This document shows, piece by piece, positions 24,873 to 36,952 of a stretch of 64,000 bases of DNA. Numbering within the stretch: the first letter of the stretch is position 1; each line of letters begins with the position of its first letter. The stretch comes from Octopus sinensis. Its lineage: Eukaryota. The stretch covers positions 104,780,001 to 104,844,000 of the forward strand of contig NC_043003.1 of assembly GCF_006345805.1 (NCBI RefSeq). Direction: 5' to 3'. The translations under genes were made by a program, and so were the position numbers. The notes under the pieces were generated by a model. It was not told the origin of the DNA. It was given only the letters and a program-made list of their open reading frames with translations, and searched no databases.

Positions 24873-25869
24873 AAAAGAGTTGCAAAAATTCTATGGCATG
24901 CAGAATAAAAGAGCAAGGTTCATTCTATTGCAAGTATTCGAAACAGAATTTTGAACCTATTCTTCGTTTTCCATGCAGACAAGACATGTTCTGTTTGGGC
25001 ATCATTCGTATTCCAACCCTTGAGCGTGTACAGGCATCATAACCATCGCCTCACTTCTCTATAGTCACTTATAATATATAAAATAACATCATCATCATTG
25101 TTGTCTCCGTGGATTTAAGGGCCACTTTTCAATACTTGCATAGGCCAGACGGAATTCATTGAACAGATTTTTCTGCGGCTGGATGCTCTTCTTGTCATCA
25201 ACCCTTACCAGTTTCCAAGCAAGGGGATATTTCCTTAAGGCCGGACATGCTTTCCGTGGAAGACTGGGAACAAACAACCTCACTTATATGGCAGTGATAA
25301 TCACTTACAGTCATCCTGTAGTGCCCGAGATAAGGGTACACACAAATGCTTACTTACCAGCGACAGGTTTCTTTTGCTTTGTGTCAACCAAATCCATTCA
25401 CAAGGCTTTGTGTCAGCCAGGGGCTCCAGTAGAAGATACTTGTCCAAGGTGTCGTGCATCGGGACTGAACATGAAACAACATGGTTGGGAAGCAAATTCC
25501 TTAACCACACAGCCATGCTTGTGCCTTTGTAAGTATTTAATTATGACCCTTTATCTTCTAAGTTTAAATGTTACAATTTACTTTATCAATTTCTGTGATC
25601 AATAAAATGATGAACAATCCATTCTGGAACTGCACCACACTGTAGGCAATTGTCTAATTGCAAACTAATTTGTTTGTGTTGACTTAAACCAATTAAGCCA
25701 ATAGCTTTAGATTCCATCTGGCCCTGACAATATCCAGTTTGACAGTTTTGATACCTGTGTAATTACATCTTCCATTGTTATGCATACATGATCCTGTATA
25801 GGAGCCTCAGTGTAATGGAGTTTGGATCTCACAGAATGAATCTACTCAGTACCATAGTTGTGACAAAAC

Positions 25870-27215
25870 TCTCTTGCTCCCAGTCAGTATTCCAAAACTG
25901 GTAGGTTTCCTCTGTTTCAGGGGGTATGTTATCTTCTGTCACCACCTAAGTTCTTAAAAAACTGCCTGGTTATTTGTGAACGACCTGTTTTGATGGAACT
26001 GTGTGATATGCGATCAGTATAGGATTTTACTTGCAATGTTCTTGCTTGAATACGTTCTTTTAGGGTTTTGATAATAGTTTCTAGATGACATTTTGTTTAA
26101 AGATATGCCTTCACACCTTCTTTAGTATGTTTCCAAGGATCTTTTCACTTTGACCAGCAGATTTTTAAAATAATTTCTTTGTAACTAAACACTTTTTAAC
26201 TTCATATACTAGTAGAATGTGTTTATAAAACATCTTTTTCTCTTGGCTTTCTTGAGAAAATTCTGTAGTTTGTAAGCTATTTATTGTTTAATTTCTTACA
26301 TTTCGGCAATTTCAACCAATCAATGACGTCTATTGAGGTGAATACAATTTCTCCAGATCTTTATCAACAAACAAATATCTTACAAACTACAGAATTTTCT
26401 CAAGAAAGCCAAGAGAAAAAGATGTTTTATGTAACACATTCTATCAGTATACAAAGTTTAAAAGTGTTTAGTTACAAAGAAATTATTTTTAAAATCTGCC
26501 GGTCAAAGTGAAAAGATCCATTTCCAATGTCCTTTCGACCATTCTTTTATGCAACTCAGATCTTTACACACGGTTTTAATATCACCTTTGATTCTCTGCT
26601 TCCATCATGGCTTTTTGCGTCTGCTTGATTTTCTCTCTGTTTTTTCCAACCAGTTCACATACTAAAATCGAAGGGGATCTAATCAAGTCCCTTGTTTCTG
26701 ATAGATCTTTCATTGAAATATCCCATTAACCAAAAGGTTAATGGGATATCAGTATCCCATTATGGATTGCACATTTCACACTGACACATTCAAAGCATCT
26801 TAAATTCACCACCTCTGTTTCTGCCCTTATCATAATATATTTCCTCAATATATAATATATTTTGCTCATTAGATCCTTCTGTTCCTCAGTCATATCCTCT
26901 GGTAATACAGAGTCCTCTACATTATATTGATACCTTTCCATTCCTCCATACACATCCCTCTCTTCTACTACACTTTCACTTTGCCTATTTATCTGCTGAT
27001 CTTCAACTACGTTATCCTCCTCAAGGTTATCATTACCACAGACGCATTTCCTGATTGTCTGCAGAAAGCCTCTATTCTGAATCATTATGATTCATGAGCC
27101 CATTTTCAGTAACCTGGAACATACCCAGCCGGTTCCAAAGTTCTAATGATCTTTTTCCAATAGCTTTACATTAGCCATTCCTCTTGTATAGCAAGGCTTC
27201 TTCATGGCACTTAAT
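25870..27215 (-). mobile_element. Degenerate R4/Dong-like LINE ORF remnant, interrupted by MITE C
   Basis: EGISLNK..LETII..LKERIQA..LQVKSY..R-like frames; weak. Confidence 0.45.
26137..26519. mobile_element. GGATC-terminus foldback MITE, copy C (383 bp, long TIRs)
   Basis: near-palindrome; 8-bp TSD GTTTCCAA/ATTTCCAA (7/8 match). Confidence 0.92.
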
Positions 27216-27225
27216 TGCATTTTTG

Positions 27226-27635
27226 GGATCTTTTCGGTTTGAATGGCAGTTTTTAACGTAATTTCTAGGTAACTAAAAAATTTTAAACTTCGTATACTTG
27301 TAGAATGTGTTTAGAAAACATCTTTTTCTCTTGGCTTTATTGAGAAAATTCTATAGTTTGTAAGATATTTGTTGTTTTTTTTCTTCAATTTCTGCAATTT
27401 CAACCAATCACTGACGTCTATTGAGTTAAAAAGCATTCTGTGCCATATGAATATGTCCCTCGTTTAAGAAAAGATTGGGTTTATTTACATTTGTGAAGAA
27501 AAAAAGATACCCTTCCCCCCACCCCTAACTCTAAAAGAGATTGAAATGCAATAGATCGATTCTAGGGTCATAATTATGGGTGACAATTTCATATGACACC
27601 ACTAGAAAAAACTGCCGTTCAAACCGAAAAGATCC
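27226..27635. mobile_element. GGATC-terminus MITE, copy D (410 bp)
   Basis: TIR GGATCTTTTCGGTTTGAA(T/C)GGCAGTTTTT; perfect 8-bp TSD CATTTTTG. Confidence 0.93.
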
Positions 27636-28981
27636 CATTTTTGTTTATATCAACAAGCCACATGTGTTTGTGAGCACATTGCATATTTTAACCAGTAAAA
27701 AGACCACAAGTACGTGGAGCCTGGTCTTCCACTCCCATTGCCCTCTGAGGGGCTCTTGCTGGGAATGGGAGATCTGGTGTCTTGGACATCCAGGGGAGTC
27801 TCCCCATTCACACTGTTATTTGGATTGGTATTAATTATCATCATTGTAATGAATGAAAGTGATTTTCTACAGAGTTTGCTTCCTGAGTGTATTTAATTGA
27901 GATTTTCATGAAAAGGATTACCCCAAATATAACACCAACTCTTAGTTGCCAGCCAAAGATTAAGGATCCCAAGTTTTCCCTGTGTGACTTGCTGCAGGAT
28001 TCCCACAGAAGTAGATGTTACACTGACGTATGCGGGACACGGGTGGCACCAATTCCCTGAGCTGTTTTGTGCCGTTCACTGCCACCATCATGATCATCAT
28101 CAAGGCAGTGAACTGGCAGAATTGTTAGCATGCTGGACAAAATGCTTGGTGGCATTTTGTTCTTTACATACTGAGTTCAATAATACAGTTCTATATTTAA
28201 GAGATGAGGAATTACGTACATTATTTACAATTGACAGATATTTGTCCTCAACAAACAAGTTGAGGACAAATATCCATCAATTGTAAATAATGTATACTGA
28301 GTTAAAATTCCAACAAGATCAACTTTGCTTTTCATCATTTTGGGGTTAGGTGCTGGGGTCGATGTAATTGACTAGCCTGCTCCTACCAAATTTCAGGACT
28401 TATGTCAATAACAAAAAGGATTATTATTATTGTTATCATTATTACTTCTAAGGTGGCAAAATTGTTAGCATGCCAGGTTTAATGCTGCATTCAGGGTTGA
28501 TGAAATAAGTACCAGTTAAGCACTGGGGCTGATGTAACTGACTTATCTTCTCCTCCAAAATTGCTGGCCTTGTGCTAAAATTTGAAACCATTATTATTAT
28601 TATTTCCAACACTGGCTCAAAATCCTGTATTTTTGGAGTGCATGTAATCAAATAAATTTACTCACAGAAAATTACTGTAACATGTTAATACGACCATAGT
28701 AATTAAAGGATAGAGTTGAGTTGAAATGAAATCTTTTCACAGGATCATATACCCAAACCTATGTCCTTTTACAAAAACTGACTCCTCTATATACTTCCCT
28801 TAACCACAATTTCTTGTTCCTCTCATCAAACCTAACAAGTGTTAGCATCTCTCTCTTTCCCACTCTCACTCCACTGCTTCTAAACAGTTCCTATGACCAA
28901 CTCCTACTCCTTATTACTTCCCTGACTGAACAACGAAAAGAACAGTGAACAACAGAAATAATGTTTCTAGTGCAGTTTTAC

Positions 28982-29099
28982 CTTCCTTACGTCTGCCTGG
29001 ATAGGGAGACACTGTTTGCCTGTAGCTTTCTCTAGAATTTCTGCAGATTTAACCAATTTCTCCAGTTTGCGACTGGCAATCACAGTATCACAGTTGTGT
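28982..29099 (-). CDS. DECR2: DECR2 coding exon 3 (HNCDTVIASRKLEKLVKSAEILEKATGKQCLPIQADVRK)
   Basis: acceptor ccatttcag|A, donor AAG|gtaaaa, 118 nt, in phase; matches HGCHTVIASR...CLPLSMDVR of DECR2. Confidence 0.95.
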
Positions 29100-30019
29100 C
29101 TGAAATGGAGACAGAAGTTACTGTACAGATATCAGATATTGAAGCGGATATGAGAGCGAAGGGAAATATTTTGCAATGGTTTAGTGAAGGGAGAATGAAG
29201 GGCAGATCACTAAAACTTTTGAGGGTATTTTAAAGGGAAAAGGAGGATGAAGCTACAAGTAAGGGGTTGGTATTTACTACAGTCATGGTATATGGCCATG
29301 CTAGTAGTGGTCAGTGGCCATAGGTGAGTCTACCAGCAAGCAGGGCAACATTAAAAGATGTTATTATCAGCACCAAGCTCCAGCCATACCTTAGATCTAA
29401 GGTTTCTATAAGTCAGGTTTTACTATGCCTGTGCATCTGGAAGGGTCTTCAAAGTGGTCCATGCAGCAAATCTCTCCTCATTCCACTACCAATTCAGTGA
29501 CACAAGCATAACATTTTCTTTGGTGGAGGAGAGTGTATCAGCCACAATATTGGACTCAGAAGGATGAAAGGCAAAGATGACTGGTGAGATTTGAACTACG
29601 AAAATAAAGACATTTTATTGAAACCCAAACCATTCTGCCATAGATATCAGAAATAGGCTAACCTTTACAATGATACAAATCTCTTAAAGATTAATAGCTA
29701 CGTCAAAGCTAGGTCAACTTTCATAGTTATAGCAGTCACATAAAGAGGGCTATACAATGACAGTGTAAGTAGACCAGTGTTCATAATAACCTCAGAAAGA
29801 GGGTGATATGTATAACCAATAATTCCTGTTCCAAAGAAACTAATTTCCAGTCATAGTCTATAACAGTAAAGCATCTTATAGTGTTATCCACAATATTCTT
29901 GATTCAACGTATGTTATTCAAAGTGGCCGCTCTCTCTCTCTGATCATCAAATGCGCATGCCCTTTATATCAAGGGAAGTCACTCAAATCATAGCACAATT
30001 TGCACAACAGAGGGCATAG

Positions 30020-30850
30020 CAATCATCATCGTTTAACGTCCGTTTTCCGCGCTAGCACAGGTTGGACGGTTCAACTGGGGTCTGGGAAGCCAGGGGCTGC
30101 ACCAGGCTCCAGTCTGATCTGGCAGAGTTTCTACAGCTGGATGCCCTTCCTAACGCCAACCACTCCGCAAGTGTAGTGGGTGTTTTTTACGTGCTACCTG
30201 CACAGGTGCCAGGGGGGTCTGGCATCGGCCACAAATTGGTTGGAGCTTTTAACGTGCCACCAGCACGGAAGCAAGCCAAAGCGGCGCTGGCAACAGCCAC
30301 GTTCGGATGGTGCTTTTTATGTGCCAGTCGGGGCGGCGCTGGCATCGGCCACGTACGGATGGTGCTTTTTATGTGCCACCGGCACAGGTATCACAACTAC
30401 TATTTCCATTGATATTTATTTCGATGTTCATGTACTTGACTCAACAGGTTTCCTCAAGCACAGCGGGACATTCTGGGATCCAGGGTACTTTGAATGGGCA
30501 GGGGGCTATGCGGAACTGGTGCAGGAAGCAGCCCGGGTCTTTGCAGTCACAGCATATCTCCAGAGATCTCGGTCCTTCGCCATTGCCTCAGTGAGGCCTG
30601 ATGCTCTGAGGTCATGCTTGACTACCTCATCCCACGTCTTCCTGGGTCTACCTCTCCCCCTGATACCTTCAACTGTTTGGGAGTGGCACTTCTTCACACA
30701 TCTCTCCTCATCCATCCGCAGTACATGACCATACCATTGCAAGCGTCGTTCTTGCACACCACATCTGATGCTTCTTATGTCCAGCATTTCTCTCAGGGTG
30801 CTTACACTCTGTTGTGCGTGCACACTGACATTACACATCCAGTAGAAATA
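30020..30850 (-). mobile_element. RTE LINE 3' fragment
   Basis: WMCNVSV..QQSVSTLRE...GRGRPRKTWDEVVKHDL; 3'UTR repeats; (GAT)n tail. Confidence 0.92.
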
Positions 30851-30991
30851 GGTTAACATTCATAATAACTTCATAAAGAGGACTATACAATGATAGTAAA
30901 ACTAGGCTAACATTCATTATAACACTGACTTTATAAAGAAGGTTAATAATAATAATACAACCAATCAGTTACTCTCGTCTTTGATACATAC

Positions 30992-31060
30992 CTCATAAAG
31001 ATCTCAGCGATGGTAAAACATATTCCACTTCCACCTCCAGTGATGAATGCTACCTTGTTC
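30992..31060 (-). CDS. DECR2: DECR2 coding exon 2 (NKVAFITGGGSGICFTIAEIFM-R), Rossmann NADPH-binding motif
   Basis: acceptor tgtttcag|G, donor AG|gtatgt, 69 nt; SDR TGxxxGI motif. Confidence 0.95.
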
Positions 31061-31112
31061 CTGAAACAGATACCATATATTTTTAAATATTCACATATAC
31101 AAGTGTGTATTA

Positions 31113-31469
31113 TCTCTCTATATATATAAACGGCAAAATGTCTGTGTGTGGGTGTGGGTCCTTTATACAAATCCACAATTTTTCAGTTAGAGGGCCCACA
31201 CTTTCTATGGTCATTCAAAACCGTCCAAGGGTGGTCGTGCACATCTTTACATTTCCTCAGTCACCCTGCAAAGCCATTAAAAAATCAATAGAAGTGACTT
31301 TTTTGTAAATTTTCTATCCGAAACCCAATCAAAATGCCCGAAACTTGATACGCTAGCTGTATGTGATTGGTTGGAGATTTGGACAGAACACGCGTGTATG
31401 TGCGCATGCACGCAGCTGTATATGCATGCACTAGCACTATGACCCGGCGTTGCCGGGTCATAGTGATAG
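31113..31469 (+). mobile_element. Non-autonomous Helitron, family 1 (second copy)
   Basis: A|TC start, GACCCGGCGTTGCCGGGTC hairpin, ATAG|T end (CTAG variant); homologous to 16406-16799. Confidence 0.85.
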
Positions 31470-32130
31470 TTATTATTATTATAGACGTCACACAGTATCC
31501 AATATCGTGCGGTTGATGACTAAAGATATTGTGTCTAATGGGGGTCTGTACTGTTTGTCAAGTCACAACAAGGACCTCAGACAGACAGTAGTTTACGCAA
31601 TATGCATGCAGCTCCAAGTAATGCTGCCTTTTGCAATACATCTAGATTGTTGGGTATTTCTAAGGTTTCCTGATGTTTTTTCTGATTGGGTGGTATTGAA
31701 CCCACTGCTCTGATGACAATAGGGATAACCTTTATGTTCGACTCTCGTAGCTGCCACATCTTAGCTATCTCAATTCTCAGGTCTCCATATCTATCAGCCT
31801 TTTCTCTTTCTTTCATGATGATCTGTTGATCTCCTGGCACTGCCGCGTCGATTATTAGGCACTCTTGTTTGTCCCTCCTAAAGGTTATCAGATCCAGCCT
31901 TCGGTGCTCTAACACCTTGTCTGTCTGGAAATCAAGGTCCCAGAGGATTTTTGCCTTCCCCTTTTTGTCCATTACCTTTTCCAGTGTACCAAGCACCTGT
32001 AACCTCATATCCATACTTACAGTATAAGAGCCAGTGGAGGTTTTGGGCTACCTTGTTGTGTCTATGCTTGTACTTTTTCTGCACAAGACTTTCACAAACA
32101 CTAACCTCTGCAGAGGTCTGAAGCACTTCT
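31470..32130 (-). mobile_element. R4/Dong-type non-LTR retrotransposon 3' end with restriction-like endonuclease
   Basis: C...VQKKYKHRHNKVA..LHW knuckle remnant; ILWD..FQTD..LEHRR.D, LIID.AVP.D, KE.EK..RY.DL (PD-(D/E)xK); (TAA)n tail. Confidence 0.88.
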
Positions 32131-32156
32131 GCGGTATATATTATTATTATTATTAT

Positions 32157-32755
32157 GGATTTTTACCTTTTGACCGGCAGATTTAGAAAATAATTTTTTG
32201 TAACCAAAGACTTTCAAACTTCGTATACTGGTAGAATGTGTCATATAAAACATCTTTTACTCTTAGAGTTTTTGAGAAAAGTTTATATTTACGAAGTTAT
32301 TTCGTGTTAAAGTTGTCGTATTTTGGTAATTTCAACCAATCAATGACGTGTATTCAGCTGAATAAAATTACTGCTGTTGTTTGTCAACAACAACAACTTC
32401 CGGCGGTGTATATTTCGTTTGTCACTGTTATTTATGACTACCCTAACCTTAAAACTAGTACAAACGCACGAACGATGTCATAAATAACAGTGACAAACGA
32501 AAAATACACCGCATATAGTTGTTGTTGACAAACACCGGCAGTAATTTTATTCAGCTGAATACACGTCATTGATTGGTTGAAATTACCAAAATACGAGAAC
32601 TTTAACGTGAAATAACTTCGTAAATATAAGTTTTTCTCAACAACACTAAGAGTAAAAGATGTTTTATATGACACATTCTACCAGTGTCCGAAGTTTGAAA
32701 GTGTTTAGTTACAAAAAATTATTTTTTAAATCTGTAGGTCAAAAGGTAAAGATCC
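32157..32755. mobile_element. GGATC-terminus foldback MITE, copy F (599 bp near-palindrome) in DECR2 intron 1
   Basis: arms of about 280 bp; no TSD visible because the left flank is a (TAT)n tract. Confidence 0.92.
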
Positions 32756-33309
32756 CGTTTGGGTAATAGAAAAAAGTTTAACGAAAAAAAAATTCCATGC
32801 ATAATGTTAAGAAATAAATTCATAAATGAATTCTCCTCATTTTTAAGTGCGTTAATGCTCACAAAATCGGTTCGAAACGGGGAAGGGTGCAAAAAGAAAA
32901 AAAAAATCGTTTTCGAAATTATTTTGGTAGAAAAACAAACGGCATTAGGAATGAAATTGAAAGCAGATCGATGGTACACATGCTATGTAACAGGTCCTGT
33001 TAGCATCACCTTTAATAATGCGATAAAAAAACTGATGTTGTGACAGTAAACATTAACTAAAGTTTTTTTTTTAAATGTCAACAATTGATATGTAAACGAA
33101 AAAAGAACATATTTGTTTTGTTAACGGGTGAAGATCTTTATATTTTCCTGCTCACATCAATCATATTTGGAAAAAAAAACGCCCCCCCCCCAGTTTCCAC
33201 AAGTTATAAAGATATTTATAGATATAACAATAGTCGAACAATAAATAAGATGATGTAACAAAAGCTGTAGTTAAATGTTCTGTTAGTAAACACTAATATT
33301 TATACTGAC

Positions 33310-33377
33310 TTGAGTAAATCGGGATGGTATAAATATTCATAGTCCAAACAGACTGGTTCGTCTCCACTGGCAGCCAT
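33310..33377 (-). CDS. DECR2: Peroxisomal 2,4-dienoyl-CoA reductase, coding exon 1 (MAASGDEPVCLDYEYLYHPDLL-K)
   Basis: ATG at 33377-33375; donor AA|gtcagt; 68 nt; resembles the DECR2 N-terminus (C..Y..L..PDLL) and joins exon 2 in phase. Confidence 0.88.
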
Positions 33378-33509
33378 GCTTTGAATGTCTTTAGTTGTTA
33401 TCTCCTTTGTTAATGTTTAGTAATAGGTCAAACCTGATAAACCAAACTTATCATCAAAAGTGCTCAGTGCGTGACCAAATACACACACACTCTTTCTTTC
33501 TCTCTCTCT

Positions 33510-33680
33510 CAGGAATTGCAACAGGCGTGTTTATCTCCAGTCTCGAGCTAATCGACTTTTTCGTTTTCCACATGAAACGGAAAATAAGGCTGGAGAAGAA
33601 ATGCCTGTCGCAAAGTGTGTTTCGTAAAAGATGGAAGTATATAGCAAGTATGTTGCGAGCGAAAGAACCTGTTTAAACGA
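33510..33680 (+). mobile_element. Tx1/L1-clade LINE C-terminal fragment just upstream of the DECR2 ATG
   Basis: FISSLELIDFFVFHMKRKIRLEKKCLSQSVFRKRW is homologous to FISGPNLVNFFIFHLKRQIGLERKC of the Tx1 at 53640-57470. Confidence 0.7.
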
Positions 33681-34532
33681 GAATATAAAAAAGGAGAAAG
33701 CAAAGTCTTCAGTGTGAGTATGTGGTTTGTGGGGTCAACCGCGTCCTCCGCTTCATTTTTTGTTAATCACTCATTCTCATTTAATTGTATATATTTTAAT
33801 TGTTCGTTTATTCATACGTTTCGTCTCATTCGATACCCTGACCCCAATGTTTGTTTTGTCTGTCCCCGTATCGTCCCCTCTTTTTCTCAACCTTATGGTG
33901 AATAAAGAAATACTCTCTCTCTCTCTCCAAGATCACTCACCCATGGCAGTTTGTGAATGTACTTTTAAGGCCAACTTTTAGTCCCTTGCGAGCATTTCTA
34001 GGCTTCGTGATTAATTCAGTTCTCATGCAAACTGAATGTGGTTTTATTTAACAATGATGGGCCAGTCTTCGGCTACATTTTGAGATAATTCAAGTTTTGT
34101 TTATTAAAAAAAAGGTTACGTCAAAAATGGCAAAACTGACTTTGAATTAAAACATCTCAGTTATTTTAAAAGAAAATTATAAATTAATTGGGTTTAAAAG
34201 AATATACTCATTGAAAAGAATCTTTTGGTGAAAATATCTTCAATAGGTATAAGCTACGAAAAAAGTAATGCTTTAAGTGACGAAAAAATGGTAAGTAAGC
34301 CACAAAACATATGGCCTGGAGCAGGTTTTGTTCGGTTCGCAGCAGTGACGAAAGGGACCTAATGGGAGTTGTCGCGCTTCTTACCAAAGAACTCTGAGAT
34401 TAATCTTACGGTGGAACTCCACTAAAAAAATATTAGCTATAAAAAGATGGTGTGGCGATCACTTTAACAAATTAGAATATTTTTGGCATTTTAAGATATT
34501 TATCCTTATAAAAGATGATGTTTAAAGTCATG

Positions 34533-34756
34533 GGTACTAATTGAGAACAGTGTTCCCGGTGCGCGCACTCGCGTACCCGCGCTAGCTAGTCGTGACTAGT
34601 CGATCCTTTGTGTTTTGTGTGTTATTTACTTTGTTTAAAAAATTATTTTGTGTTTTATTTACTTTGCTAGATAGTTGTTGTAGGATCGACTAGTCACGAC
34701 TAGCTAGCGCGGATGCGCGAGTGCGCGCACCAGGACCACTGTTCTCAAGTAGTACC
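34533..34756. mobile_element. CpG-rich GGTAC-terminus MITE (Merlin-like), 224 bp
   Basis: TIRs of about 75 bp, GGTACTA(A/C)TTGAGAACAGTG...; perfect 8-bp TSD AAGTCATG. Confidence 0.9.
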
Positions 34757-35125
34757 AAGTCATGGAGTGCTTAGCTTCGTGGTAAAGAGCCGATGTTTGA
34801 GACACCATGTAGCGGTTTACTGGCCTCTTTTTTTTCTCCGTTTTCTAAGAAGTATTTAGCCTATCTTCTAACCTGTTTTCATAACTATTTTGTGTTCAGC
34901 ATTTACTTCAGATGAAAGAGCTACACGAGAAGAATCTAATGGTATAAACCTTGTCAAAAAATATTAGTTACAAAAAGAAAAAAAAAGATTTTAAATGATG
35001 AAAAACAGTGATAATTTTAAGAAATTATAATATTTTTGTCTTTTTTAGAGAAAAAATCTATTTGAATTCACAAATGAATGCGTTCGTCGAGACGAATATT
35101 TTGGAGAAAACCCTCTCTAAAGATA

Positions 35126-35502
35126 TCTTTATATATAAAAGAGAGGTTGTGTGCTGTCTGTCTCCTATGATTTAGATTCCTAACTACTCCCACATTTTGC
35201 GGTGCAGTTTAACCAAAACCGGGTATCTTATAGTCGTGATTCATATCGAGCCCTTCTGGGTATTAGCGCGCGTCTACGATGAGTCTACGATTTTAAAAAA
35301 AAGTTACCATCAATTTTTCCCATTTTTAATGCATTTTTGGCATATATAAGGGAAATAACTCTCTAAAAATGTCTACGATGAGTCAACGATTTAAAAAAAA
35401 ATTTACCATCATTTTTTTGCTATTTTTTGGCTATAACTCTCTAAAAATGCTTGTATAGTTATTTCCCTTATAAACCCGAGCAACGCCGGGCGATACTGCT
35501 AG
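35126..35502 (+). mobile_element. Non-autonomous Helitron, family 2
   Basis: A|TC start, CCCGAGCAACGCCGGG hairpin, CTAG|T end. Confidence 0.82.
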
Positions 35503-35963
35503 TTAAGCATAAAAAAGTGTAGTGGGAAAGGTGTAGCAGATGAAGTAGACACGTAGACAACATCAAAGTAAAGCAATTGGAAAGCATCAGATTGTTGTTT
35601 AAATAATTTATTTAATCGACACTTGCATTTACGTGTTGTATACAGCAGAAAATTCACCACATAACATTACCAACTTGCTTCGATTTGGCGAAGAAGAAAA
35701 ACAGGGAAAATATTGTGTCGATGTTATGAGGTAGAACCGGGCATGTTTTGTGTCTGTGTGTGCGTTGGTCATTCAGTGGTGTTTGTTTATGTTCTGCTAC
35801 TGTGTTGGGTCGTTCATGCTGAATATGTGGTTCTCTGTTTGCTTGACTGGCACAAGATACTTGCTGGCTGTCTCTTGACAGTTCGCCTGGTGATGGCTAT
35901 CTGCCTTTGTCGTATGTCTGACTGTATTTATAATGGTCATGACAGCTAGAAAGACAAACATAC

Positions 35964-36011
35964 CACAGGAGTAATTTCTACCTATGTAGGTTGCCTCCTG
36001 TCCACTTGAAC
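35964..36011 (-). other. Candidate upstream non-coding (5'UTR) exon of DECR2
   Basis: 48-nt non-repetitive segment bounded by gtcatttcag| and TG|gtatgt; a matching acceptor (tttggtttatcag|) lies 56 nt upstream of the DECR2 ATG, at 33435-33434; no transcript evidence. Confidence 0.3.
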
Positions 36012-36952
36012 CTGAAATGACACGGCTCAGGTCATAGGTCAAAGAGAAAAACTATCCATCACTTTTTGACAGAACAAAGAAATTTCTTTCGTGCCTGTTT
36101 GGCCAGTGGTGGATCAGATGAGCGAGAATCCTTAGATTCGGTTTCGAATCTCAGCTTGGAAAAAGGAAGTGTTAGTTTTTACAAAAGTTGTGATTTTTTT
36201 GTGATTTTTTTTTTTTGCAATATTAACTTTTATTATTCTATTTTTGCATTAAAATATAAATATTAAAAACAGTAAAATAAGAAAAATTCACTCATTAAAA
36301 AACATTATTAATTATTTAATTACAATATAACATTATTTTATAATGGGTAAACAAAATTTCTAAGTTTGAACAAAACCTGAATTTTAAAAATATTTACAAT
36401 AGAATCATTTTTTTTTTTCAATTATAAATTATAAAGATAAATATAATTAATTATAATAGTAGAAGCATTGCCTGGAAAAAGGTGGACTAGAATGAAAAAT
36501 GTAGGTGCAGAATCCTGGAAAAGTACAGAACAAGAAGAAAAAAAAGCTTAAAATATTGCTGCTGAATTTGGAATTTGTTAAATAAATTTCTGAAATTGTT
36601 CATCAAACAGTGTGTGCACTGTTTTGTTTTTTATATTTATTCTCACAACCGTTGGAGTGCGATATGCTCTTCATGACCGCAGGTTAGTGAGACGGTTGTG
36701 ACTTGTAAATAGTTTTGAGTAGAAAACCAGAAAGAGAAGTATGAACCCGCAATGCACATGTCATGTCTTGCTTTATCTCACTGTTTCAATTATGCAGATA
36801 ACACCTTGTAAATACATATATGCTCCTATTGTTGTCCTGACAAGATATTGGGCACCGAGTACTTACTAACTACAGTTCGTGTAATTTCTGTCTTATGTGA
36901 ACAACTTCAGTTTCCCATAATGCTCTGAAAATATATTTCATATATATATATA

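Noticed and set aside
28665-28705. Alternative DECR2 exon 4 (YYGRINML, with a gtgagt donor)
   Set aside because: In-frame stop; the true exon with the correct phase and motif is at 24405-24474.
31018-31041. TGGGSGIC instead of the canonical TGxxxGxG in DECR2
   Set aside because: Cys at this position has precedent in peroxisomal dienoyl-CoA reductases (as I recall, yeast Sps19 has TGGAGTIC), so it is not evidence of inactivation.
36066-36266. Plus-strand ORF TEQRNFFRACLASGG... as an exon of a divergent gene
   Set aside because: No start or convincing acceptor, no recognisable homology, and no partner exons found.
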